Positions 19,681-30,203 of a DNA stretch of 64,000 nucleotides are shown here, in pieces (position 1 is the first letter of the stretch; each line of letters opens with the position of its first letter). The translations under genes were made by a program, and so were the position numbers. The notes beneath the pieces are model-generated. The model did no database searches. It was not told the DNA's origin and saw only the letters and a program-made list of their open reading frames with translations. This DNA comes from an uncultured Gammaproteobacteria bacterium (GTDB lineage: Bacteria > Patescibacteriota > Microgenomatia > CAYQLK01), in contig CAYOLO010000002.1 of NCBI GenBank assembly GCA_964404855.1, positions 131,494 through 195,493 of the forward strand, given 5' to 3'.

Positions 19681-19953
19681 CTATTCTTTGTTAGTAGTAG
19701 ACGATTCGGTGGATTGTGGATTTTGATCTTTGTAAGAAGTAGGTACTTCTTTAAAAACTTGCCCACTTTTAGTGGTACAAGCAGCATTGAGATAGTCGGA
19801 TTTAACAATACTAGACTGAAGCTTGGCACATTGTTCAAAACTACTCACTTCTATATCGGAGTCAGACATGTTTTTGATGTCGTTATGAATATAAAAAGCT
19901 GTAAGGCCTAAGATTAAAAATATAATACCGACTAGAATAAGATATTTCTTCAA
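19681..19953 (-). CDS. small membrane-anchored hypothetical protein
   Basis: N-terminal TM, SFEQC...CTT pattern. Confidence 0.65.
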   Translation of the reverse strand: MKKYLILVGIIFLILGLTAFYIHNDIKNMSDSDIEVSSFEQCAKLQSSIVKSDYLNAACTTKSGQVFKEVPTSYKDQNPQSTESSTTNKE

Positions 19954-19955
19954 AC

Positions 19956-20570
19956 CTATTTCTGCTGAATCCTTGTAGCAACTCCTGCAACAATCCCACC
20001 AATTAACTGTGCTGAAAGAAACAATCCCAGAATGTTTAATGCTGATTGAATATTTGCTGTGTCAACTGCAACTGCACTCAATGTAATTGCTGGATTCAAA
20101 GCTGCACCTGAAATTCCTCCAACTGAGAATACTCCCGCCATAATTGCGAGTCCGATGGCAATACCAAAATATTGATTATTTTTTACGGCTTTGGCGGAAA
20201 CAGCAAGAACTACGAATGCCAAAAGGAAAGTAAACACCAACTCTGAAGCGAATACTTGAGCAGTAGATGCTTGCGGATTAGGCGTTAGGGTAAACGGCGA
20301 GCCAATAATTAGCGCAAAGGATACTGACGCAAGTACTGCGCCAACTATTTGCGATAAACAATAAAAAACTAATTCTTTGGAGCTAATTCTTTTGCTGATG
20401 AATTGAGCGATACTAACTGCTGGATTATAGTGTGCACCGGAAATATGACCACCTGAATAAACAAGTGCAACCAATACTGCGCCAATTGCGAAAGGACTAC
20501 CAGTGAGAGCTGCCACCAAAGTTAAAAAGAATGTACCAAGAATTTCTGTAAAAATTTTATTTTTTGTCAT
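19956..20570 (-). CDS. MIP family channel (aquaporin)
   Basis: Two NPA motifs (SGAHYNPA, GAALNPA). Confidence 0.93.
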   Translation of the reverse strand: MTKNKIFTEILGTFFLTLVAALTGSPFAIGAVLVALVYSGGHISGAHYNPAVSIAQFISKRISSKELVFYCLSQIVGAVLASVSFALIIGSPFTLTPNPQASTAQVFASELVFTFLLAFVVLAVSAKAVKNNQYFGIAIGLAIMAGVFSVGGISGAALNPAITLSAVAVDTANIQSALNILGLFLSAQLIGGIVAGVATRIQQK

Positions 20571-20615
20571 AAGTAAAGAATACCAAATTGCTTGACGGGA
20601 CGCGATTATTAGTTT

Positions 20616-21827
20616 TTAGCGTTTGACGAATAATACCGCATTTGGCACATCTCTACCGGGTCCAGCTTTATAGCCACCTACCCAAAAGGCGGTCGAACCT
20701 CCACTGTCTAGGTTAAGTGAATTTTGAATCCCTAAAGTATGTAAAACTTTGGCAGCTTCTGCAACAGAAGCTGAATAAACTACACCCATAAAAACTTTAC
20801 TACCACTCGAACCAATAAAGCTTCGATTGGCTTTGCTTGTCTTTTTTGCATCTGAATCGCCACCAAAAAGCAACTGACCACCAAGAGTAAGAAGTGGCTG
20901 GTTAGCAATTACTCCATCTACACCAGTGTCTCTGCCCCATTCTAGTGATTGACTAACGAATCTTGCTTGTGAGGAAAAAATTGCCGCTGGCACTGTGCTG
21001 TAGACATTATTGTCTGAGTTAAAATAGGTTTTATTTTTATTCATTAGTAATGTGTCGAATGAATTTTTCTTATCAGTACAACTCGGGTAGCTGGCTGGAC
21101 AAAAGTAAGATCCATTAATTGCTGCGTATGCTCCACTACGCGAAGCGTAATTTCCGACCGACATTACAGGACAATCGTTACGACAATCTCCATTTGATGC
21201 TGTATCAACAATAACTCTGGTCGAACCTAGATCTCCATTGACAATATCGACAGCAAAACTTCCAATATCTGTTACGACTTGTTGTCTTCTGTAACCTGAA
21301 TCGGGTACTGAATTAGATGAGGTAAGATTTGCTGTCGAGACAGATGCGACTGTAGACACAGCTAGTTTGTCATTTTCTGTTTTGATTAAAGCTCTTGTTT
21401 GGGTAATTTTGGTTTCTGCATCTGAATATTTTCTTTCTGATAACGATTTGAGAAGGGACGAAAAATTTTCATCGATTTTTTGGGTATTAACTTTAGCAAT
21501 TTTTAGATCAACGATGTCTTCATAAACCGTAACTGCCTCATTAAAAGTTTTTTGAATTTTTTTTATTTCTGCATTTAGATCATTATTTACTTTGATTTGA
21601 TCAGAATTCTCCAATTCAGTCAAAACTTTACGAGTATCATCCAGCTCTTTTTGGAGAGCTGTTATTTGAATTGACGATTTATCAAGAAGATTGGTGGTTT
21701 GGCTGTTTTTAATAAAAAGACGATAAACAGACGAAACAGTCACTAAAATTAAAATCAATGAAACAAAACTAAAAATAATTAGACGAAAGGGAGGCGTGCG
21801 AAACCTTTTTGTAGTTTTTGATTTCAT
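20616..21827 (-). CDS. phosphodiester glycosidase (NAGPA/DUF2233) family protein
   Basis: AAINGSYF and LNLDSGGS motifs after a TM and coiled coil. Confidence 0.82.
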   Translation of the reverse strand: MKSKTTKRFRTPPFRLIIFSFVSLILILVTVSSVYRLFIKNSQTTNLLDKSSIQITALQKELDDTRKVLTELENSDQIKVNNDLNAEIKKIQKTFNEAVTVYEDIVDLKIAKVNTQKIDENFSSLLKSLSERKYSDAETKITQTRALIKTENDKLAVSTVASVSTANLTSSNSVPDSGYRRQQVVTDIGSFAVDIVNGDLGSTRVIVDTASNGDCRNDCPVMSVGNYASRSGAYAAINGSYFCPASYPSCTDKKNSFDTLLMNKNKTYFNSDNNVYSTVPAAIFSSQARFVSQSLEWGRDTGVDGVIANQPLLTLGGQLLFGGDSDAKKTSKANRSFIGSSGSKVFMGVVYSASVAEAAKVLHTLGIQNSLNLDSGGSTAFWVGGYKAGPGRDVPNAVLFVKR

Positions 21828-21850
21828 GAGGCTGATTTTTAGTCTTTTAA

Positions 21851-22414
21851 CTACTCAACAATTTTGGCAATTTCTGGATATTTGGTTTTGAAATTTTGAC
21901 TCAAATTACAACCGTTCATACATTCTGGAAACCACCAGCTTATTTGCCCATTCTTCTTTTCAATTACAAACCCTGAATATCCACCTGACTCGTAAATTGC
22001 ATTAAACAAATAAGGAAATTCTGCTTTACTCACATTAGTGTTAGGTGAAATTGTAATTGAAACAACTGGTTGATCAATCTCATTTGTATGGTATTCAACA
22101 TATGGATCGATAATTCTTGCTTGAATTCCTGACTTGTCTCCGGCTGGTATTGATCCTTCGGCTTCAAAAACAACAACAGGCCCTTTTGTTTTAGATGGTG
22201 TTGGAGTGGGGGTTATGCTTTGGGATAGTTGAGGGTTTGGGGTCGCTTTAGCAGTTGTAGTAGCGGCAGGAGTGGCGGTGGTTTTAATCTGAGAATTAGA
22301 TACTTTGTTGGATAATTTTTGGTTTTGGTAGAAAAGATAACCAACAGCTGAAAATAAAACCGTACCCACAATGATAAAAGTCACAACTAGAATAATATTG
22401 CCTCTGGATTTCAT
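21851..22414 (-). CDS. hypothetical surface protein with Pro/Thr linker
   Basis: RG-hydrophobic N-terminus, TPTP linker. Confidence 0.65.
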   Translation of the reverse strand: MKSRGNIILVVTFIIVGTVLFSAVGYLFYQNQKLSNKVSNSQIKTTATPAATTTAKATPNPQLSQSITPTPTPSKTKGPVVVFEAEGSIPAGDKSGIQARIIDPYVEYHTNEIDQPVVSITISPNTNVSKAEFPYLFNAIYESGGYSGFVIEKKNGQISWWFPECMNGCNLSQNFKTKYPEIAKIVE

Positions 22415-22544
22415 TAGCTTAATGATGACAAAGAAAAGCTAGTTTTGCAATTCATTTTACTAGTCGGAGTCTTTTTGTTGAGTCACATGGCAAGCCGACA
22501 CCTTGTCTTTTTGTGAAGGTGAAATATAATGGCAATTGTATTTT

Positions 22545-23195
22545 ATGCAACTACTGCCAAGTTTTGATGAAGAAAAAAAGTCACTGATTTTTACGATTGT
22601 AATTTGTGCGTTTTTGAGTATATCGTTTGTTTTATTTATTGTGGCCTACAGGAATTTAAAGGCTGAGAATTCGTTTCTAAAATCACAAGTTGAATCAGGC
22701 GAAAAAGCCGAAATAGTAAAAGAAGCACAATCAGAAGAGGTAGCAAGTAGTGCAACTAGTCAGTTTGAATCAGAAACAAATAAAATTGAGACCAATCTAA
22801 CAAACTCTGTTTCACCAACACCTACACCTATTGTGACGGTAACCACACAGCCCACCCCAACAGCGATTGCAACTCCAACACCAATACCTTTTATAACTAC
22901 AGCTACTTTAAATATTGAACCAGCTAACGGCGATGTATGCGGAACTAATTTTAAATTTCGAGGTTATATTACCTCAAGTGGTCAGGGCATTGTTGCCTAT
23001 AGATGGAAAAGGACCGACGCGGAAAATGTAACGATGGAACCATATCCTACGGTAACGTTTGAATCTGCTGGAACAAAAGAGGTTAATTATTATTTAACTC
23101 TGACAAAAAATACTGATGCTGAAGCCTGGTTTGAAATCACCAGTCCAGAGTCAGTATCTTCTAATAGAGCAAGATTCATCCAACAAAACTGTTAA
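22545..23195 (+). CDS. hypothetical surface protein with Pro/Thr linker and beta-rich C-terminal domain
   Basis: TM, PTPTP repeats, YRWKR motif. Confidence 0.65.
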   Translation: MQLLPSFDEEKKSLIFTIVICAFLSISFVLFIVAYRNLKAENSFLKSQVESGEKAEIVKEAQSEEVASSATSQFESETNKIETNLTNSVSPTPTPIVTVTTQPTPTAIATPTPIPFITTATLNIEPANGDVCGTNFKFRGYITSSGQGIVAYRWKRTDAENVTMEPYPTVTFESAGTKEVNYYLTLTKNTDAEAWFEITSPESVSSNRARFIQQNC

Positions 23196-23201
23196 AAATG
23201 A

Positions 23202-24197
23202 TTATTTTTTGTAGATACTCTCAGCTTTTTCTTTAAGCGGTTTCCACCACCATTCGTTCTCTTTGTACCAATTAACTGTTTCGATTAGTCGATTATCAAA
23301 ACTTTCGGCAGGTTCCCAACCAAGCTCGTTTTTAATTTTTGTCCAGTTAAGAGCATAACGCCTATCATGTCCTGGCCTGTCGGTAACAAATTCAATTTTG
23401 TCTTCACCTAACCCGAGAATATTTAAAACTTTTTTGGAAACCTCAAGATTATTAACATCCTCAGTTGTTCCACCAATACAGTAAGTCTCCCCTGATTTGC
23501 CTTTTTCTAGAATCATATCGATAGCGCGACAATGATCTTCAACATCAACCCAGTCTCGAACGTTTAGCCCGTCACCATAAACTTTTATATTTTCTCCAGA
23601 AAGTAGGTTGGTGATCATCCTTGGTAAAAACTTTTCAGGATGTTGAAATGGTCCAAAATTATTACCACAGTTCGTGATTGTCACAGGTAAATTAAATGTT
23701 TCAAAATATGCTCTAACTAGATGATCTGATCCAGCCTTACTTGCCGAATACGGACTTCTAGGGTTGTAATTAGTATTTTCATGAAATTTTTTACCATCGT
23801 TTAATTCCAAAGACCCAAATACTTCGTCTGTTGAGATGTGATGAAATTTTTTGACACCGTTAATTTTTGCTTGGTTTAATAAAACTGAAGTACCTATCAC
23901 ATTGGTTTTAACAAAAACTTGAGGATCAAGAATTGCTCTATCGTTGTGACTTTCTGCTGCAAAATGAACGACTGTTTCGCATCCATTCATAGCTTTTTCG
24001 ACATCAGATGCTTTGGTAATATCGCCCTGAATAAAAGTGTAATTTGGATTATCAAAAACCGATTTTAGACTGTCGAGGTTGCCCGCATAAGTCAAAATAT
24101 CTAAATTAATAATTGAATCGTTGGGGTGGTTTTTAAGCCAGTAGTTAATAAAGTTGCTACCAATAAAACCAGCACCGCCAGTAACTAAAATTTTCAT
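23202..24197 (-). CDS. rfbB: dTDP-glucose 4,6-dehydratase
   Basis: GGAGFIG, HFAAESH, STDEV, YSASK, DRPGHDRRY. Confidence 0.96.
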   Translation of the reverse strand: MKILVTGGAGFIGSNFINYWLKNHPNDSIINLDILTYAGNLDSLKSVFDNPNYTFIQGDITKASDVEKAMNGCETVVHFAAESHNDRAILDPQVFVKTNVIGTSVLLNQAKINGVKKFHHISTDEVFGSLELNDGKKFHENTNYNPRSPYSASKAGSDHLVRAYFETFNLPVTITNCGNNFGPFQHPEKFLPRMITNLLSGENIKVYGDGLNVRDWVDVEDHCRAIDMILEKGKSGETYCIGGTTEDVNNLEVSKKVLNILGLGEDKIEFVTDRPGHDRRYALNWTKIKNELGWEPAESFDNRLIETVNWYKENEWWWKPLKEKAESIYKK

Positions 24198-24310
24198 GTT
24201 TAATTATTTACCCTTAGTTAAACTTATAATATCGTTGGTCGTTAATTTTGCTACGATTATTTTGTAATTAAAACTAGCACCATTGGATTCTGAGTTATTT
24301 TATCAGAATT

Positions 24311-24742
24311 TTATTCTATAATTTCTCCCTCAATAACTTTGTCCTTTTCCTTATTTTTTTCACCCAGTTTGTCTTTGGAGCGAGAAAATACACGATACAA
24401 AAGTATACTCGAAACTATTTGTAAGACAAAAAATGCAAAAAATGAGATAAGGGCATTAATTGACCCAAATATAACGAGAATTATGGCACTAATTACAAAT
24501 CCCCAAAATCCGTCGTGAGTATTGGTATTACTTAAGTTGGCAGTCAAACTAACTGAGTTGGTGACTGCAACATAGCTAAAAAGAAAACTAATTAATGAAT
24601 AGAAAAATAAAAAAGGCTTAATTTTTAGTTTGCGGTTCGTGGATATGGCCCTGAAACCAACCGTAATTGCTCCAATTAAAAAATAGAGAATGAAAAATAA
24701 TATTATCAACAGACCGGTAAAGAAAACCGTTCCTGGCTGCAT
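24311..24742 (-). CDS. hypothetical membrane protein
   Basis: 3-4 hydrophobic segments. Confidence 0.6.
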   Translation of the reverse strand: MQPGTVFFTGLLIILFFILYFLIGAITVGFRAISTNRKLKIKPFLFFYSLISFLFSYVAVTNSVSLTANLSNTNTHDGFWGFVISAIILVIFGSINALISFFAFFVLQIVSSILLYRVFSRSKDKLGEKNKEKDKVIEGEIIE

Positions 24743-24754
24743 AAATAAAATATT

Positions 24755-25162
24755 TTAACGCTTTGGCGACTGTTTGCTCTTTCGGGCTTTTTGAGCATTA
24801 CCAATTTTGCGACGTTCTTTGGCTCGCGGATCACGGGTAATAAGTCCAGCTTTTTTCAGACTAGGTTTGAGCTTTTCATCAAACTTAACAAGTGATCTAG
24901 ATAAACCATGAACAACTGCATCTAATTGAGAAGATAGGCCTGAACCTTCGACTTTTACGCTACCTGAAAATTTACCTAAAAGACCTGAAATTACTAATGG
25001 TTTTTCAAAAATAGCCTTATCCTGAAGACGGCTAAAATATTCGAATACTGGCCGCTCGTTAATGGTGAAATCTCCAGTACCGGTAAAGATTCTTACGCGA
25101 GCTGTGGAAGTTTTGCGCCTGCCGACTGCTTGATAATGAGTGGTTTTTTTATCTTCTGCCAT
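24755..25162 (-). CDS. rpsI: 30S ribosomal protein S9
   Basis: GRRKTSTARV, TRDPRAKERRK. Confidence 0.97.
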   Translation of the reverse strand: MAEDKKTTHYQAVGRRKTSTARVRIFTGTGDFTINERPVFEYFSRLQDKAIFEKPLVISGLLGKFSGSVKVEGSGLSSQLDAVVHGLSRSLVKFDEKLKPSLKKAGLITRDPRAKERRKIGNAQKARKSKQSPKR

Positions 25163-25164
25163 AA

Positions 25165-25578
25165 TTATTTTGTTTCAAATTTTGCTTTAAATCCATGTTC
25201 AGCGTTTGCAAAAACATGAAGTTTTTTTAGTTGAGCAGCTCCCATTTTGGTTTTTGGAAGCATACCTTTGACGGCTTTAGTTATAACATCCTCAGGTTTT
25301 TTGGCAATCATGGTCTTAAAATTAGCCTGCTTAAGTCCGCCTGGAAATCCTGTGTGTCTGTAATATATTTTGTTGTTTTCTTTCCTGCCGGAAACCATAA
25401 TTTTGGAGGCATTAATAACAACAACATGATCTCCACAATCAAGATTGCTGACGAACTCAGGTTTATTTTTGCCCATTAAGGTCTGAGCAATTTGAGTTGC
25501 AAGTCTGCCAAGTATTTGATCATTGGCGTCAACTAGTGTCCAATTGTTGGTAATTTGACTTTTTTTAATGCTTTTCAT
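25165..25578 (-). CDS. rplM: 50S ribosomal protein L13
   Basis: LGRLAT, DCGDHVVVIN, HTGFPGG. Confidence 0.97.
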   Translation of the reverse strand: MKSIKKSQITNNWTLVDANDQILGRLATQIAQTLMGKNKPEFVSNLDCGDHVVVINASKIMVSGRKENNKIYYRHTGFPGGLKQANFKTMIAKKPEDVITKAVKGMLPKTKMGAAQLKKLHVFANAEHGFKAKFETK

Positions 25579-25580
25579 AA

Positions 25581-26072
25581 TTACTGTTTAATAACCACTT
25601 TCTCTTTTTTGGTTTTTTCTGAACCTGTGATTACTTCTTCTGTTGTTTCACCGGTTTTTGTATCGGTGATTTTAACGGTAGTTTTTGATTCTGGCTTGGC
25701 TACCTTTTTGATCTCTTTTTGGACTACCCATTCAATATAAACCATAGGTGCAGCATCACCTCTGCGTGGCCCTTTGAGGACTACGCGAGTTGTGCCACCG
25801 TTTCTGTCCTTAAAACGAGGAGCTAGATCGTTGACCAGCTTTTTAACGCTTTTTTTGCTACCAAGACGAGCGTAAAGGAGGCGCTTGTCAGAAAGATTGG
25901 CGTCTTTGGCGCGAGTAACTAGGCGTTCGACAAAAGGCTTGAGAACCTGGGCTTTGGCGCGTGTTGTAAGAATCCTCTCTTGAAGGATAAGGTGATTGGC
26001 CAAGCTTTTTATTAGCATGGCTCTTTCAGCTTCGGTTCGACTTAGTTTTTTGCCAAAGACCTGATGTCTCAT
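25581..26072 (-). CDS. rplQ: 50S ribosomal protein L17 (C-terminal extension)
   Basis: MRH...KLSR, RRGDAAPM. Confidence 0.96.
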   Translation of the reverse strand: MRHQVFGKKLSRTEAERAMLIKSLANHLILQERILTTRAKAQVLKPFVERLVTRAKDANLSDKRLLYARLGSKKSVKKLVNDLAPRFKDRNGGTTRVVLKGPRRGDAAPMVYIEWVVQKEIKKVAKPESKTTVKITDTKTGETTEEVITGSEKTKKEKVVIKQ

Positions 26073-26076
26073 TGTT

Positions 26077-27039
26077 TTACTTAGTTTCTTCTATTTCTTC
26101 TGTCTCACCAGAGATAATATTCTCTGCTGTGAGTTTTTTGTTCACAGTCTCGATTGACTTGGCACCAAAATTCTTGATTTCAAGAAGTTTTTCTTTTGGT
26201 GTTTCAAGATACTCTCCGACAGTGTTGATTCCTGCAGATTTAAGACTATTTGTAAGTCTTACAGGTAGATCAAGCTCTTCAAGAGCTAAATCCTGGTGGC
26301 TCATTGTGTCTTCTTTTGGATTAACCAAAGAAGCAACAATTTTGGCTGGTTTAGCCTTTTCCAACTCAGGGTTGGTCAACATTGTGAACTGGGATACTAA
26401 AATCTCAGCTGCAGCTTTGAAAGCTACGGATGGTTTGACTGTACCGTCAGTACGAAGTTCAAAAACCAATCGGTCAAAGTTAGTAACACGGCCAACACGA
26501 GTCTCTTCGACTTTGTAGTTAGCGAACTGAATTGGAGAATAATTAGCGTCAATTGGGATTACGCCAATTTCTGTTGATTTTCTCTCGGTTGCGAAGGAAT
26601 ATCCTTCACCGAGTTCAGCTGTTACAGAAAGAACTAACTTGGCCTTATCGTTGCTAAGGTTAGCAATAACTTGGTCAGGGTTAGTTATTTTGACTCCGGC
26701 TGGAAGCTCAAAATCTCCTGCAGTTACGACTTTTGGACCTTTGGCGTTGAGCTTTAATGTGACAGCACTATCTGACTCCATTAAAAGCCTGACCTTTTTT
26801 AGGTTCAAAATTACTTCAACAATATCCTCTTTTAAGCCGTCCAGTGTTGAAAACTGGTGACGAACTCCGTCAATTTTGACGGATGTGATAGCTGCTCCCG
26901 TTAATGACGAGAGAAGCACTCGACGAATACTCGAACCGAGAGTTGAACCATAACCCTGGTTGAGAGGTTCGACGACGATGATACCTTCTGAGTCGCTTTC
27001 CGACTTGATGGTTACCTCTGTTTCTTTAATATCAAGCAT
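26077..27039 (-). CDS. rpoA: RNA polymerase alpha subunit
   Basis: EPLNQGYGSTLG, RRVLLSSL, NFGAKS. Confidence 0.97.
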   Translation of the reverse strand: MLDIKETEVTIKSESDSEGIIVVEPLNQGYGSTLGSSIRRVLLSSLTGAAITSVKIDGVRHQFSTLDGLKEDIVEVILNLKKVRLLMESDSAVTLKLNAKGPKVVTAGDFELPAGVKITNPDQVIANLSNDKAKLVLSVTAELGEGYSFATERKSTEIGVIPIDANYSPIQFANYKVEETRVGRVTNFDRLVFELRTDGTVKPSVAFKAAAEILVSQFTMLTNPELEKAKPAKIVASLVNPKEDTMSHQDLALEELDLPVRLTNSLKSAGINTVGEYLETPKEKLLEIKNFGAKSIETVNKKLTAENIISGETEEIEETK

Positions 27040-27075
27040 TTGTTTTAGCCTCCTTTTTGCTTATAAATAATGCTT

Positions 27076-27684
27076 CTACCTTGAATAGAACTCAACGATT
27101 AATTGTTCGTTGATTTCTTCTTTTATTTCTTCCCTCTCAGGAAGACGCTTAACTTTTGCCACGACTGACTTTTTTTCAAGCCATACTGGAACTTGATGAT
27201 TTTTGAGATCTTCAAGAGTCTGTTTGAGTTGTGGCGTAGCAAGAAACTTAGGAGAGAGTGTAACGACCTGCTCAGCCTTAAGTTGATATGAAGGGATGTT
27301 AACTTTTTTCCCGTCGACTAATACGTGTCCATGTGAAACGATTTGGCGAGCAAATGGGCGAGTATTAGCTAGACCCATACGATAAATAACATTATCTAAC
27401 CGTGTCTCCATTAGTGATAATAAATATGCACCCGTAGGCTTGTTAGAACGGTCAGCAATTGTAAAAATTCTGCGGAATTGTTTTTCTAAAACCCCGTAGG
27501 TTCTTTTTGCTTTTTGTTTTTCTCTTAACTGAAGTGAATATTCTGATGGTTTGCGGCGCATATTTGCACCGTGTTGTCCAGGAACAGTCGCGTTACGCCT
27601 GATGACAGGACATTTTGCAAGACCGCAAATAGCGGAACCTTCACGTCGACACAGCCTGTGTTTTGGACCTGTATATCTAGCCAT
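27076..27684 (-). CDS. rpsD: 30S ribosomal protein S4
   Basis: MARYTGP, LREKQK, RLDNVIYR, IVEFYSR. Confidence 0.98.
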   Translation of the reverse strand: MARYTGPKHRLCRREGSAICGLAKCPVIRRNATVPGQHGANMRRKPSEYSLQLREKQKAKRTYGVLEKQFRRIFTIADRSNKPTGAYLLSLMETRLDNVIYRMGLANTRPFARQIVSHGHVLVDGKKVNIPSYQLKAEQVVTLSPKFLATPQLKQTLEDLKNHQVPVWLEKKSVVAKVKRLPEREEIKEEINEQLIVEFYSR

Positions 27685-27687
27685 AGT

Positions 27688-28083
27688 TTATCCTTTTCTC
27701 CTTTTTTTGCCTCTAACTCCATTGTGTGGAATGGGGGTGTTATCAGAAATAGATGTAATTTCAAGATTTGTACTTTTTAGACCACGAATTGCAGCGTCTC
27801 GTCCTGGTCCTGGACCTTTAACAAAAACATCAACGCTTTTGAGTCCATAAGTCTCTGTAACAATTTTGGCTGCTTTTTCAGCGGCAGTCGTGGCTGCGTA
27901 AGGCGTAGATTTGCGAGCACCTTTAAAGCCTGCATTACCAGCACTGGACCAATTGAGTACATTACCACCTTCGTCAGTAAAACTTACGATTGTATTATTA
28001 AAAGTTGCTTGAATGTATACGCGACCAGCGGTAACTGAGCGTGTAACTTTTTTCTTTGCGGTTTTTTTACTTTTTGCTGCCAT
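27688..28083 (-). CDS. rpsK: 30S ribosomal protein S11
   Basis: [22 protein letters not shown]. Confidence 0.98.
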   Translation of the reverse strand: MAAKSKKTAKKKVTRSVTAGRVYIQATFNNTIVSFTDEGGNVLNWSSAGNAGFKGARKSTPYAATTAAEKAAKIVTETYGLKSVDVFVKGPGPGRDAAIRGLKSTNLEITSISDNTPIPHNGVRGKKRRKG

Positions 28084-28086
28084 ATT

Positions 28087-28458
28087 TTATTTATCTTCTT
28101 TTCGAACAGATCCGACGGTCATTCTGCGTCCTCGTTTGGTACGAGAATTGCTTCTGGTTCTTTGACCTCTGGCTGGTAGATTCCTGCGGTGACGTTCACC
28201 ACGGTAACTACCGATTTCTTGTAATCTTTTAATATTAGTCTGTACTTCTCTGCGAAGATCACCTTCGATTCGATACTCATCAAGAAGACGAGTAAGTGTG
28301 CTTATTTCATCATTTGTTAAATCTTTTGTACGCTTATCAAGGTCAATTTTAGCCTTAGTGAGGATTTCTTTCGATTTAGCTAGACCAACACCATAAATAT
28401 ATGGCAAGCTGTAGGATATTTTTTTCTGGTCTGGGATATCGGCACCTTTTATACGCAT
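28087..28458 (-). CDS. rpsM: 30S ribosomal protein S13
   Basis: IYGVG, IEGDLRR, RGQRTRSN. Confidence 0.97.
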   Translation of the reverse strand: MRIKGADIPDQKKISYSLPYIYGVGLAKSKEILTKAKIDLDKRTKDLTNDEISTLTRLLDEYRIEGDLRREVQTNIKRLQEIGSYRGERHRRNLPARGQRTRSNSRTKRGRRMTVGSVRKEDK

Positions 28459-28461
28459 AAA

Positions 28462-28575
28462 TTATCCTTGTCTTTGTTTATGTCTTGGGTTTTTACAGAT
28501 AACAAAAATTACACTGCGGCGTTTAACCGTTTTGCAATCTCTACATCTTTTTTTTACCGAAGCTTGTACTTTCAT
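28462..28575 (-). CDS. rpmJ: 50S ribosomal protein L36
   Basis: Manual translation [37 protein letters not shown]. Confidence 0.97.
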   Translation of the reverse strand: MKVQASVKKRCRDCKTVKRRSVIFVICKNPRHKQRQG

Positions 28576-28584
28576 TTTTTGTTT

Positions 28585-28827
28585 TTATCTTGAACGATAG
28601 GTTACCCGACCGCGTTCGAGGTCGTAAGGAGTTAACTCAATTTTGACCTTGTCGCCTGGAAGGATGCGAATATAATGCAAACGCATCTTACCTGACAAGT
28701 GGCAAAGTACCAATTGGTCTTTTTCTAATCCCGGAATTTGGCCTTTTTTAACCAAAACCCGAAACATTGTGTTCGGCAATGCTTCTTGAACATCACCTTC
28801 GACCTCTATAACTCCTTCTTTTGCCAT
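28585..28827 (-). CDS. infA: translation initiation factor IF-1
   Basis: [22 protein letters not shown]. Confidence 0.97.
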   Translation of the reverse strand: MAKEGVIEVEGDVQEALPNTMFRVLVKKGQIPGLEKDQLVLCHLSGKMRLHYIRILPGDKVKIELTPYDLERGRVTYRSR

Positions 28828-28933
28828 AATATTTTTGAGCAGAAACTATATTTATTAGGATTTTTAGTTAAATTCACTAAAAAATAATCCCAATTTAGCT
28901 TCAAATGGGCCCGTGAGGGCTAATTATAACGAC

Positions 28934-29680
28934 TTAGTTTACACCAGTCAAGACTATAGGTCCCGACTTTCCTACAAGCACTGTATCTTCAAAAAGTCCT
29001 GAGTCGGAACCGTCCTTAGTTGCCAGTGTCCAACCATCATTTTTGACATATTTAATAAGCGAGGTGCCTTTTGCATAAATTGTTTCTATAGCAATAGTCA
29101 TACCCTCAACCAACACTGGGCCACGACCTTCAGAGCCATAGCCTGGAATCGCGGGATCCTCGTGAAGTTCATGACCAATACCGTGACCAGTGAGCTCGCG
29201 AGAAACATGATATGGATTGTCTTTTTCAAGGATTTGCTGGATAACAGCAGAAATATCCCCAACTCGAATACCGTCTTTAACAATTTTTATAGCTTCTATT
29301 AGCGCCTTATGTCCTGCTTTTAAGAAGTCGTCCAATTCGCCTCCAACTATACGGCTGGTGGCACAGTCAGTGTGTAAACCGTTTAGCATTGTGCCTAGGT
29401 CAATGCTTAAAATGTCGCCTTTTTTTAGTTTTGTTTGATCTGGAATTCCATGAACAATCTCGTCATTAACTGTGATACAAGTCGCATATTTATAATCGTC
29501 AACAGTGGTAAAACTTAGCTCTCCACCTTCAGCCAGAATTGTTTTGGTTGCGATTGAGTTTAGTTCGCGCTTAGTAATCCCTTCTTCAATTGCATCAACT
29601 GCGCGCTGCATGGCAAGTCTTGAGATTCGGCCAGCCTCTTTCATGATGGCGATTTCGTTAGCTGATTTAATTTTTGTCAT
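28934..29680 (-). CDS. map: methionine aminopeptidase
   Basis: VNDEIVHGIP, GHGIG, HEDP. Confidence 0.95.
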   Translation of the reverse strand: MTKIKSANEIAIMKEAGRISRLAMQRAVDAIEEGITKRELNSIATKTILAEGGELSFTTVDDYKYATCITVNDEIVHGIPDQTKLKKGDILSIDLGTMLNGLHTDCATSRIVGGELDDFLKAGHKALIEAIKIVKDGIRVGDISAVIQQILEKDNPYHVSRELTGHGIGHELHEDPAIPGYGSEGRGPVLVEGMTIAIETIYAKGTSLIKYVKNDGWTLATKDGSDSGLFEDTVLVGKSGPIVLTGVN

Positions 29681-30203
29681 ATATTTCCTTTTCAATTAAC
29701 TTTGTAACTGTTTCGATATCTGGCGTGGCATCAATATCTCGAAGAATGTGTTTACTTCTAAATTCTTCAATTAATGGGCTTGTAAGGCTATAAAAGGTGT
29801 CTAAACGGGTTTTAATTGCTTCGGGGGTGTCATCCTCTCTTTTTCGCAGCAGAAGTCTTTTAATAGCTTCATCTCGAGGCAGGACTAAATTAATAACCAT
29901 ATCAAGTATGGGCATAAAAACATCAGATTGTTTTTTGTGCCTTGGATAGCCATCTAGGACAAACCCTTTTTGAGTATCAGGCTGAGATAGCCTGTTTTTA
30001 ACCAGTTCAGCAACAAGATCGTCCGGAGCAAGGCGACCATGTTCAATCAAATCGCGAGCTTGTTGTCCAATAGGGGTGTCTTTTTCTGCCTCATTACGAA
30101 CTAACTGTCCACTTTGAATGTGAGGAACGTTGAGTTTTTTAGCAAATATTTCTGCTTGTGTTGATTTGCCAGAACCTTGAACACCAATAAACAAAATCCG
30201 CAT
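29667..30203 (-). CDS. adk: adenylate kinase (short, no LID)
   Basis: GVQGSGKSTQ, LDGYPR, REDD. Confidence 0.93.
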   Translation of the reverse strand: MRILFIGVQGSGKSTQAEIFAKKLNVPHIQSGQLVRNEAEKDTPIGQQARDLIEHGRLAPDDLVAELVKNRLSQPDTQKGFVLDGYPRHKKQSDVFMPILDMVINLVLPRDEAIKRLLLRKREDDTPEAIKTRLDTFYSLTSPLIEEFRSKHILRDIDATPDIETVTKLIEKEIYDKN